Virus record (IMG/VR): IMGVR_UViG_3300038679_000051 | Span: 1 to 64,000 of that record | Reading direction: 5' to 3' (one strand) | Length of the DNA: 64,000 nucleotides | Source: a virus | Taxonomy: Duplodnaviria > Caudoviricetes | In this document: positions 48,398 through 57,800 of the stretch, piece by piece | How the letters are laid out: the number at the start of each line of letters is the position of its first letter | Numbering within the stretch: position 1 is the first letter of the stretch | Made by a program: the position numbers and the translations under genes | The notes under the pieces: generated by a model | The model's input: only the letters and a program-made list of their open reading frames with translations | Told to the model about the DNA's origin: nothing | Database searches by the model: none

Positions 48398-49369
48398 TCA
48401 TCTGCGATGGCTTGTGCCGTTGCTCGTATCATCTTCTGGCGATATTATTATGCGATCGTTTGGGAACTTTTTACGGAATACATCTACGATATATTCTTGC
48501 CATTTTATGGTGTGAAAATTTGGAACTGAAATGCGGTGTTCATTCTTTTCTGCGTCATAAATTGTCGTAAACAACATTTCGTTGCAATCAGAACAATAGA
48601 CAATATAAGCTGGAACGACATGACAACCTTTTGAATGCCATTCCCATAACGGAGAATGATGTGTGCAGTCGCTCATCCTTCGCTTGTCGCATATTTTACA
48701 TTTTTCGGGAGGTTCTTGTTGCATGTTATTTTCTCCTTCTTGTTTGTCTGTTTTTATTTCTTCTGTCTTGTGTGTAAATTCCACTGATTTACCCGTCGCT
48801 CTGGCGTAAGCAATTTCGCGGCGCGTGCTCTCGCCGATATATCCACCAGGATTGATTACCAACACATGAGATGCCATGTCAATCTTACGGAGATGAAGTT
48901 CGTCCAGCCGTCGTTTGTCATCGTCCGTTATGTGGTCACCAGAATGCATGAACACACCTGGTGCAAGAACGATCCGTCCGGTCATCGTTTCGCGACGATT
49001 GGCTTCGATAAATTCATCCCGGAAACGCGTTGATCCACATAGACATACCACAGTGGGTAACGTAAGACCTTTGATTGCTTCAGATTCTCCTGCCGCAACC
49101 AAAGGCAACAGCCTTTTGTCAGGCAACTCCTTAACTTTGTCGCTTAAACCCTTTTTACTCTCATTAATTGCTTCGAAGAGAGCCTTTCCATGTATGTCTT
49201 CTCGTTTGCTTGCACCCGTTTCCTCATCATGTTCGTCATTCATGACCTCATCATATGACCACCCTGGACGTTTTGGTTTATCCTTTGGTTTGTGATCGTT
49301 ACATAATTTCCACATCAATATCGTAGAACAGATTAAACAGATAATCATGAACAACAACGTTTCTGACAT
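48398..49369 (-). CDS. Multi-module protein with N-terminal TM and nucleoside 2-deoxyribosyltransferase-like (DUF4406-like) domain
   Basis: VCLCGSTRF..LDELHLRKIDMASHVLVINPGGYIGESTRREIAYA. Confidence 0.75.
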   Translation of the reverse strand: MSETLLFMIICLICSTILMWKLCNDHKPKDKPKRPGWSYDEVMNDEHDEETGASKREDIHGKALFEAINESKKGLSDKVKELPDKRLLPLVAAGESEAIKGLTLPTVVCLCGSTRFRDEFIEANRRETMTGRIVLAPGVFMHSGDHITDDDKRRLDELHLRKIDMASHVLVINPGGYIGESTRREIAYARATGKSVEFTHKTEEIKTDKQEGENNMQQEPPEKCKICDKRRMSDCTHHSPLWEWHSKGCHVVPAYIVYCSDCNEMLFTTIYDAEKNEHRISVPNFHTIKWQEYIVDVFRKKFPNDRIIISPEDDTSNGTSHRR

Positions 49370-49390
49370 AACATCTCCTTTTGTCAGTTC

Positions 49391-49660
49391 TTACTTGATT
49401 GTCTCAAATGGAAGAAAGTCGTCTCTCGGATCGTTCCAGAAGAATGGAAGAGCAACCCAATCTGTGGCTGATATTTCGGCAAGACATGGTTGCCATAAGT
49501 CTTTTCGACGTTTATTCAATTCATTCTCTTCATGGCAAATCCAAGCGAGGTTGTCTATACCGAATACCAAAATGCTGCTTAATTTCCCATTTAGATACCA
49601 TGTTTTTCTAGTTGCAAAACCACGTGCTCCCAAATGATCAGCAATTTCACCAATTGTCAT
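49391..49660 (-). CDS. Hypothetical protein
   Basis: AAGGA RBS. Confidence 0.6.
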   Translation of the reverse strand: MTIGEIADHLGARGFATRKTWYLNGKLSSILVFGIDNLAWICHEENELNKRRKDLWQPCLAEISATDWVALPFFWNDPRDDFLPFETIK

Positions 49661-49701
49661 GATTAGATCCTTTCTTATCAGGCCAGTTTCTGCTCAAATA
49701 C

Positions 49702-49920
49702 TTAGAGCACCAATTTACGGTTTCTGTTTTTATTTGATCTAATTCGTGGGTCGTTTAATGCGATTGTCCCAACACCATTACAAAATTCGCAATCTTGTCC
49801 ACTACATTTTCCATATCCACCACATTGTGGGCATAAATAATCGATTCCATTCGATTGTAGTGGACCATATGTTGATCCTTCGGCCCACATCCCAGATTGC
49901 GTATATCCAACTTCAGTCAT
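49702..49920 (-). CDS. DnaJ-type Zn-finger-like small protein
   Basis: CPQCGGYG..CEFCNGVG. Confidence 0.6.
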   Translation of the reverse strand: MTEVGYTQSGMWAEGSTYGPLQSNGIDYLCPQCGGYGKCSGQDCEFCNGVGTIALNDPRIRSNKNRNRKLVL

Positions 49921-50477
49921 TTTTCATCCTCTTCTGATGGTTGAATGTCTTCACATAAAACGCTTATTGTCATTCCAGGATGGACAGCTGCTATATCCTG
50001 CTGGAACGCCACCAAGTCAGCATCGTGAATGCCTGTAAGACATAACAACTTAGACTTGATCGTCTCTTTATCCTCTGGGAATAATTTTAATAATTTTTCG
50101 AGCCATATAAATTTGGATTCGGCACGGACTGATGCGTCCATGATTAAAAGTAATTTGGATTTGATCGACTCCTTCTCTTCTGGGAATAATTCTAATAGTT
50201 TACATAACTCGGAAAATCTGAATTCCATATCAGACGAATGAGTAGAAAATTCTCTCATGGATTTTGCACGATTGAGACATTCATGGCGACTTTCTATTTT
50301 TGTGCACATTGAAACGATAGCCATGTAATTATCAACGTCGTCATCGGAATTGAAGCTTGAGATTGCCATTCCATATGCAGTCTCACGCATCGATTTAATT
50401 GTCGTGCTTTCATTAAGGTCTGGAACGCGGTCTGTCATTTCAGTTCTCCTTTTAAAGGGGTTGGCATCATCTTTCAT
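49917..50477 (-). CDS. Hypothetical protein with internal repeat
   Basis: KLLELFPEEKESIKSKLL / KLLKLFPEDKETIKSKLL. Confidence 0.7.
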   Translation of the reverse strand: MKDDANPFKRRTEMTDRVPDLNESTTIKSMRETAYGMAISSFNSDDDVDNYMAIVSMCTKIESRHECLNRAKSMREFSTHSSDMEFRFSELCKLLELFPEEKESIKSKLLLIMDASVRAESKFIWLEKLLKLFPEDKETIKSKLLCLTGIHDADLVAFQQDIAAVHPGMTISVLCEDIQPSEEDEK

Positions 50478-50934
50478 TCGGAATCACGAATGAGGCACGT
50501 CCGAGCGTTGGTGTTCTTGAACTATGTCCGAACGTTGGTGTTCTTGAACTCTTGATCATATCCCATTCTTCCTGGATATGTATTTTTTTAATCACAGTCG
50601 TCTTTTTTCTCACATGTTTTAAATACATTTCACATGATTCAATTAGATCAGAACATGGATAAATGGTCAATGTGTGTAATTCAAATATTCGGTCAACCAA
50701 TTCTTCCAGCATAGCGACAGGTTTGTCTTTTACTGGTTTCCCTTTCTCTACTTTGATTCCTGGACCAATAGATCCAATTATGGGTGGTTTATCATTCAAT
50801 GCAGCGGATAACTGTTCGACTTTCTTTTGAAGCTTTTCATGAATAACACCAACGTCACAAAGCATCAAGAATGCTTCTACATATTCTTTTTCCAACATTG
50901 ATTTGTTTTTGCGTTTTTTACTCATCCTCTCCAC
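50467..50934 (-). CDS. Hypothetical protein
   Basis: ORF track; 27-nt duplication near the 3' end. Confidence 0.65.
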   Translation of the reverse strand: MERMSKKRKNKSMLEKEYVEAFLMLCDVGVIHEKLQKKVEQLSAALNDKPPIIGSIGPGIKVEKGKPVKDKPVAMLEELVDRIFELHTLTIYPCSDLIESCEMYLKHVRKKTTVIKKIHIQEEWDMIKSSRTPTFGHSSRTPTLGRASFVIPNER

Positions 50935-51238
50935 CTTTCTCTCTTTGTTCCTTAAGTTCCAAAGTCACATTTTGTTCCTTAAGTTTCAAAGTCACATAAG
51001 CAGTGATTATGTCCTCTTGTGCTTTGATGTTCTCTTTTGTTCCTCCGTCCTGTGCTGGCGTTCTTACATACAACATAATCAACAAGCAGGTGACATGCAA
51101 CAGTAAATATAAGACGCTGTCGTAAGAAACTCCAATTACTAGCATACGCAATAAATAAAAAAGGATGGCAACAGAATAGAAAACAATACAGAAAACAGTA
51201 CAGAAAACCACAAAGATTCTAAAGGCTCGCATTTTCAT
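50918..51238 (-). CDS. Two-TM membrane protein, paralog A
   Basis: MKMRAFRIF..LFYLLRMLV..VLYLLL. Confidence 0.7.
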   Translation of the reverse strand: MKMRAFRIFVVFCTVFCIVFYSVAILFYLLRMLVIGVSYDSVLYLLLHVTCLLIMLYVRTPAQDGGTKENIKAQEDIITAYVTLKLKEQNVTLELKEQREKGGEDE

Positions 51239-51467
51239 TCCTTCCTTTCTGTTTGGTTTCTTGTGCTGTTTTTTCAATCATATCTAATGCTGTCTTGAAT
51301 TTGTTTAATTCACGTCGCATTTTAGTCTCTATATTATCGAGACGGTTAAGCAGATTTCTCAATTCCGGCCACGGTTCAGGTGAGGGCGGAGACGAACAAC
51401 AACGACATAAGCCACCCTTGCAGTCTGCCCCTGCTTTTCCACATGCAGAGCAAAGAAGATTACTCAT
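51219..51467 (-). CDS. Small hypothetical protein
   Basis: CSAC..CKGGLC; ATGA overlap. Confidence 0.6.
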   Translation of the reverse strand: MSNLLCSACGKAGADCKGGLCRCCSSPPSPEPWPELRNLLNRLDNIETKMRRELNKFKTALDMIEKTAQETKQKGRNENASL

Positions 51468-51865
51468 CCTCTATCGTCCTTTTCTGATGCCCATCCCTTA
51501 TCGTCCTTCATAATTTCTAATACCCAATCCCCATCATCACGCTCGAACCACTTGCCGACGCTGCGGCATTTTCTGTTGTCGAATTCAATCCCGACAAATT
51601 CTGGAAATTCCGGACCAAGTGAGCCACGAAAGACAATGCTGATCACGGAACAGTGTGCATCTTGTGGGCCTTGTTGAATGATAGGTCTCTCTTGGCCCAC
51701 CTGAACGAGTACAGGACTGTTAATCTGTGTATGTGACCATTTTAATAGGTCCATGATGCTCGCTTTGCTTGGCAGACCATTGGTTGTGTTAATCCAATCA
51801 GCCAATAATTCGTCGAATGCCTTATGTAATTCCATGTGACGTTTCTTGTGTTCTTCTGTCGTCAT
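51464..51865 (-). CDS. Hypothetical protein
   Basis: GGAGG RBS; ATGA overlap. Confidence 0.7.
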   Translation of the reverse strand: MTTEEHKKRHMELHKAFDELLADWINTTNGLPSKASIMDLLKWSHTQINSPVLVQVGQERPIIQQGPQDAHCSVISIVFRGSLGPEFPEFVGIEFDNRKCRSVGKWFERDDGDWVLEIMKDDKGWASEKDDRG

Positions 51866-52128
51866 TGTTGTTCCTCCTGTTTTCCGTCCTGTTTTTCACT
51901 TTGTTCTCTAAGAACCTTAAGTTCCAAGACCACATTTTGTGCTTTGATGATCATGTTTTGTGTTTTGATGCTATAAATCATAATAAACGAAATGATGGTA
52001 TACAATAGTAAATATAGAACATTGTAGTAATCGCCAGTCACTAACATGCGTAATAAATAAAAAAGGGCGGCGAAGGAATAGAAGACAACACAGAAAATCA
52101 TTAAAATTTTATAAGCTCGCATTTTCAT
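51862..52128 (-). CDS. Two-TM membrane protein, paralog B
   Basis: MKMRAYKIL..LFYLLRMLV..VLYLLL. Confidence 0.7.
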   Translation of the reverse strand: MKMRAYKILMIFCVVFYSFAALFYLLRMLVTGDYYNVLYLLLYTIISFIMIYSIKTQNMIIKAQNVVLELKVLREQSEKQDGKQEEQQ

Positions 52129-52519
52129 CTCCCTTCATTGCTGCCAGATATAAATCATCCATGTAACGCCAATGGGTAGTATTCTCTGCTCCGTAGCTGT
52201 CTCGGCCAGCAAGGAGCCATTTCGGTTCTTCCTCGTCCCACTGACTGACATAGCCAATGCGTATGTCACCATCGCACCGAATTAATACGTTCTTTGATCT
52301 TAAATTACCAATGTCACTTAACGTCATTTCTGGTAAACACTCTTTGACCGATTTCCATGTTATGCTTGACCCCTTAACCGTTGTCGGCTTTGCCCCGCAA
52401 TTATTGCATACGAAAGGTAATCCCTTATGCCTTAAGTCCTCTTCTGTCATTTTTCTCATTATTTTCTCCTGTAAATGCTCCGCAATTACATCGATCGGGA
52501 ATCCTCGCACCGAGAACAT
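52109..52519 (-). CDS. DUF551-like phage protein (true start probably MRKMTEE)
   Basis: WKSVKECLPE..VLIR..IGY..THWRYM. Confidence 0.65.
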   Translation of the reverse strand: MFSVRGFPIDVIAEHLQEKIMRKMTEEDLRHKGLPFVCNNCGAKPTTVKGSSITWKSVKECLPEMTLSDIGNLRSKNVLIRCDGDIRIGYVSQWDEEEPKWLLAGRDSYGAENTTHWRYMDDLYLAAMKGDENASL

Positions 52520-53094
52520 ACGAAGGGTAATTCCCCTGGGTAATATTGACGGCCAAGTCCCTTAACCACCATATTTTTACACTGTGGGCAGATTTTAGTT
52601 GATCCATCTGTTAAATGTCGTCCTAATAGATAAGAAGTTTCAAGATCGGATATATGTGGTTTGACGTGATAACGTTTACATGTTGGGCACCATGCCGGAA
52701 GGTCATCAAGCGTCAATTCGGACAGACCGGCGAATTTCCGCAGCATGTTCCAGAACATCATGGAGTGTGGGTTTGCCCCGTGATCTGCGACGGTACGGAA
52801 ATGCTTGCGTTCCGTTTCTGCGATGAATCGAAGTAGGTTTTCATTTTTAGAGTCTTTTGTTTCAGGTTCTTGCTCTTTTTGTGTTTGCTCTTCTTGTGTT
52901 TTCAACAATTCTTGCTCTTCTTGTGTTTTCAATTCTGGCTCTTGTGTTTTCAACAATTTCAATATTTCATCACGTACAAGAACATATTCCCCTACCGCAC
53001 CAGCATATTTGAAACTGTGTGGGTCTTTCATTGCATTAAAGAGATGGGTCTCTACGTCCAGCAATTTTCTAACGGCATTTGGTAAAGTGTCCAT
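52486..53094 (-). CDS. Hypothetical protein with KTQE repeats and Zn-ribbon motifs
   Basis: GGAGG RBS; CPTC, CPQC, CSRC. Confidence 0.65.
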   Translation of the reverse strand: MDTLPNAVRKLLDVETHLFNAMKDPHSFKYAGAVGEYVLVRDEILKLLKTQEPELKTQEEQELLKTQEEQTQKEQEPETKDSKNENLLRFIAETERKHFRTVADHGANPHSMMFWNMLRKFAGLSELTLDDLPAWCPTCKRYHVKPHISDLETSYLLGRHLTDGSTKICPQCKNMVVKGLGRQYYPGELPFVCSRCEDSRSM

Positions 53095-53302
53095 CTTTCT
53101 CGCCTCCTCCCTTGATCGGTTTCAACAAGATATGAGCATATATGCGATGAGACCAACGATGATGAACGCCAATGCGTTACCATCTTTCTCTCTTCTGGTT
53201 TCGCCTGATTCAAAGATCGTCAACAATAAGACAATACCTACTATAATCAGGGCAGTTACTGGTTCCATCATTTGCTCCTTTCATCAGGTTATTCATCCAA
53301 CA

Positions 53303-53635
53303 TCATTTTTTCTTTAATTGCATCCCGCTTTTCTTCGTACCGTGAAAATGTGGTACATATTTTATGCTCACCTCAACGGTACAATACGGGTTTTCGTCAT
53401 CTTTTTCCCAATACAGATTGAATGTGAGCGGCCATTTATAACTCCGCCCCCCGCGCTGCCAAAATCTTTCGGCGCACTCCTCGGCAATGCTTTCGGCCTC
53501 ACCCGTATCTGCCGATGGTTCCCTCAGCAAATACTTTGATTCGCCCACTTCCTTAATCGAATACCATATCTTTTTCATTATATGCCACTTTCCGTTAAAC
53601 ATTAACGTTGCGTTTGCCGGTATACGTGCCAGCAT
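53303..53635 (-). CDS. Hypothetical protein
   Basis: ORF track. Confidence 0.6.
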   Translation of the reverse strand: MLARIPANATLMFNGKWHIMKKIWYSIKEVGESKYLLREPSADTGEAESIAEECAERFWQRGGRSYKWPLTFNLYWEKDDENPYCTVEVSIKYVPHFHGTKKSGMQLKKK

Positions 53636-53867
53636 CGAGGGCGGCTACAATCTCTGCGGCTTTTGTGTAAACCGCCCCGAAATCTTTTACCGACCCCCGA
53701 ATGCGAACCTTTACAGCCGACTTTCTACAGCCCTTCCCGTTCGTCTTCGGCAGCCACTGGAAGATTCCAACACTAAAAGTGCTGATGGTTGCTCCCATAA
53801 CAGATGGGTCGCACAACCCACTGAAAGCGTGCTTGCCTACCTCGTGACTCTCAACCTTTTTGTTCAT
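53595..53867 (-). CDS. Hypothetical protein
   Basis: ORF track, overlapping gene run. Confidence 0.65.
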   Translation of the reverse strand: MNKKVESHEVGKHAFSGLCDPSVMGATISTFSVGIFQWLPKTNGKGCRKSAVKVRIRGSVKDFGAVYTKAAEIVAALDAGTYTGKRNVNV

Positions 53868-54066
53868 GTTTGGGCCGTCTTTCTAGAGTTTCACAAATCA
53901 TGGCGGTCATACACAACGCATTCATTCGCGTTACACTCTCGACATTCGTCCAATCCGCTTTTTGAACTTTCTCCAATGCAGCAATCAGTGCTTCTAATGC
54001 CTCATTCACGCCGTCTGGCGGCAAAACCTCTTGAGTCAGTTTATTTGTACTCACCGTGTCCTCCAA
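53851..54066 (-). CDS. Small hypothetical protein
   Basis: ORF track. Confidence 0.55.
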   Translation of the reverse strand: MEDTVSTNKLTQEVLPPDGVNEALEALIAALEKVQKADWTNVESVTRMNALCMTAMICETLERRPKHEQKG

Positions 54067-54075
54067 TTCTCTTCC

Positions 54076-54354
54076 TTACGGTTTTAACTCGTCCAACATT
54101 GTTTTTATCATCTCGTCCGTCGTCGTAAAAAGTGGTATGTCGATCTTTTTTCTCCCCTTAATTGGACTGGCTTTGAATTTTTTCAAAAAATGATTGTGTG
54201 CCGCCGTCTCCAACAATTCACGCTTATTCATCAGACACAATTTGAGCAATGTCTTCTTTTTCTCATTACTCATCTTGGACGAGTAGACGGCATCGACGAA
54301 CGCATCGCGATTGTAGAGGATTTGGTGGAGAATATCAGTCATGTGATTGACCAA
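54076..54354 (-). CDS. Hypothetical protein
   Basis: ORF track. Confidence 0.6.
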   Translation of the reverse strand: MVNHMTDILHQILYNRDAFVDAVYSSKMSNEKKKTLLKLCLMNKRELLETAAHNHFLKKFKASPIKGRKKIDIPLFTTTDEMIKTMLDELKP

Positions 54355-54404
54355 TGAAATGAAATTCCATTATTATGCTCCATATTAATCGGATATAAAT
54401 CCGA

Positions 54405-54887
54405 TTAAGGTGTCAACGGCCTTTGTGCTTGTGCTAAACTAAATTTGCAAATTTTCTTAACTCTCCAAATAGGAAAGAATGCAAGCAATTTACCAATATC
54501 CAATTTAAATAGTCGGAGATCAACTTGTGAAAACAAATCATATTCAATCGATAATCGTAGTTCTGGAAGCCTACCTCCATATGAAGTTCCTAATTGTATA
54601 AAGAATTGTGTTGTTGCATTATTTGATATTCCATATTCTATAACTTGTTTTGAATATAGTTCATCGATCTTAATGATTTCCGTTCCAGTTCCAAAGTTTT
54701 CTGCTCCATATAACTCGATCACTGGTGTTATTTTAATGTTTTTTATAAGAAACGGGCCTGCATTTGCGATTAAACAAAAATAACCAATACAATTACCACT
54801 ACATTGACTTGAACAAAGATGGATAGTTGGACCAAACCAATGCTTCGTTTTAAGCAATAAATCAATCGCTGGTTCGTAAGTATTCAT
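54405..54887 (-). CDS. AT-rich hypothetical protein coupled to the RM-like gene
   Basis: ATGA overlap with 54884. Confidence 0.6.
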   Translation of the reverse strand: MNTYEPAIDLLLKTKHWFGPTIHLCSSQCSGNCIGYFCLIANAGPFLIKNIKITPVIELYGAENFGTGTEIIKIDELYSKQVIEYGISNNATTQFFIQLGTSYGGRLPELRLSIEYDLFSQVDLRLFKLDIGKLLAFFPIWRVKKICKFSLAQAQRPLTP

Positions 54888-57800
54888 TTTATCATCCTTT
54901 CAAATTCTGCATCAATCCCAGCAAGGAAATTATCCTTGTCTCGTACATTGTTTTCTATCCATTCCATGTACGCTTTGACGCGTTCCGGTCGGTCATTGAG
55001 ATAAAAGTCATAATCTGGAACTGGTGCATCTTTAAAAATGTTATTTATGAGTTGATAATTTGTGCCACCTTTTTCTATTCGTTTGCGTTTTAGGAATTTT
55101 TGTATTTTCCCTCTAAACATAGTAGAGTTAAGCCACCCAAATAGCCAAATAATTTTCTCTTTAGACATAGGACCAATATGTTTCATATATCCAGTCCCTT
55201 GACCAACACACATTTTTTGCACATCAATAGATAAATCATTGCATTTGATGATTTTAAATAAGACATCAATATTATTGCTGCTCCTAATGTAGACAAATTC
55301 CGATCTGGCTATATAAAAATTTTCACCACCCAAATCAAAATAAGCACCAGAATTTAATTTATGCTGACCATCTCTGTTTCCTCTACCAGACACTTGAACA
55401 GTTCCATAATCATTCATTGTCTTAAAATTGAAACTAGGCTTCCAGTCATCAGTTAATTTATCTATAAATCTTTGTTGGAGAAGATCACTTTCTGAATATT
55501 GATATTCCTTATCATTATAAATGAGTTTATTTTCTATTACATTATTTAAACAAACCACGGTGGTTGGCAGATCACCACCACCATTCATTGAATATGAAAT
55601 TATCTTGGAATTTGATACTATCTCTCGTATTTTACCACAAATAAGTAAACGTGTCTGCTTTGCGCCTTCGGCTAATTTATTTAATAACCAAACATCGCTT
55701 ATATTTAAGGCGCATATTCCATTGTCTAAATGGTTTAAAGACCATAGGACAAATATCTGAGCAAAATCCATTTGTTCTTTATATTCAGAATATTTATATC
55801 CAATAAATCTAGTATAGGGCGGATTCCCCACGATCATATCATATTTCTTGTTTCGGATTTCTTCCGGCAACAATCCACCTTCATTTTCCGGACGACCGAT
55901 TTCGACATCAACATCCTTGCCTTCTTTGTCCTTGTTGTTCGCAGAACATTTGATCGTCTTCTTAATGACTGGTTGTTGATACCATTCTTCTTTGGTATCA
56001 TCCGGCATACAGATCGTGTTGCCCCAGTGGATGTTCAACACTTTGCCGTTATTGGTCGGTGACCAATTATCCATCAGATCAACATATTTTGTGCAGTCAC
56101 CACCATGTTTTAGGACCGTCTCGAAGTGTGCCGTAACTAAACGGATTTTGCAAGCATAATACATCGGTTCTAGGATTTCGATGCCGTGGAGACAATGGGT
56201 CAGAATGTGGTATGAGCGTTCAATTGGATCAACGATGGATGTGCCTTCTCTCATCAATTTGTGATAGAGGAAGATCAAGAAATTGCCGTCGCCGCTGGCT
56301 GGATCGCAATAAGTAAGGTTCAAAATGTCAACGTCTTTAGGAAGATATTTGAAAGCCAAATCCACGGTCTCTTTTACTACAAATTCCGGCGTATAGATTG
56401 TGCCATACTTCTTCCGACAATCATCGGAGAAGACGCCGCGCTTTGCTTTCCGTGCTTTGTCGATCGTCTTCAAGTAATCCTCATCCCTCTTGTAGCGTCG
56501 CCATGCTCGGTCGTCGTATTCTTTCAATCCGTCTTTAAACCACGTCTTAATTTTACCAAATACTTTATCTTTAGCATCCGGATCGGCAATGAACAAATTT
56601 AATAAATCAAAGACCGCCAATTCATGGATTTCAAGCGGTCGGTCCAAATCATCCTTTACTTCTTGGAAATACTTTTCAACTTCCATTTTAGACGTTTTTA
56701 AGCGTCTCGTTAGACTATTTTGTCCTTTGGGTTCTTCGTCCTTTGCACCGAACATGTCGTCAATTCTGATCATTTCTTTATCTAAACCATATTCATCGAC
56801 CAACGTATAAAGCAGATCTTTATATCTCTCTGTATAGTCTTTCGATTCAATCAACACGCGTGGTATGACGATTGCGGCGTAGGGTTTGACGAATCGGACA
56901 TGTTGTTCTGGTTTTAGAGAACCCTCATAAAGTGCCTTCCTGTCGTCTCTTTGAAGACGACAGGACCGACCGACACCCTGCTTAAAACCGGTGTCGGACA
57001 TTGATCGAAGCGGCATGAACGACGTAATGCCAGGGACGTCAATGCCTTCCGTCAACATGTCTACATATAGAATGATGGCTTTGTCGTCTTCCTTAAGGTT
57101 TTGGAGATTTCTCAAAAACGGGTCTTTATGACGAGACGGCAGCATCCAATCATCGGACGTCCCTTGAATCACCCAACCATCGGAATATACGCCGACGTTG
57201 GAGGACAATGCCATGACGTGGACGTCTGTTCTGGTCTTGTGGAACTCCTGCAATTCCTTACTGTTCAATATTCCCTTCAACGTCTTTTGATCCTTTACGG
57301 TGATCAACATTTTTGCGCCGATTTTGGTCGGTTCTTTGCTCTTTAGAAACAACCATTCTTCATGTCTGGCAAATGTAAGCATCAAACATCTGGTTATTTC
57401 GTCATAGGCATCTACTTTTACTTCTGCTTCCTTGTTGCTTTCACCTAATGCTTCCACGATGTGTAAGGCTGGCGGCAACATTTCACCGGCGTCAATCATT
57501 TCACGCGGCGTCTTTCTAAAGATGATTTTGCCAAATTTCTCCTCATTGTTCATACCATAACCTTTTTTGCCACCTTCAGTTATTTTGGGTGTGGCGGTAA
57601 ATGAATAAGAGAAATTGCCGATTGACGTAAATTTACCAAATTCGTCAGAAACCATATGATGAGCTTCATCATTGAGTTGAACGTCCAATTCGAAGCCCAA
57701 TTTCTTGGCTTCGTCCAGTTGTTCAGCAGAATGATATGTAGATGAGATAACCAACGGTTTATTGTTGGCTTGTGCTCGTTTGTATACTTCATAAATTTCC

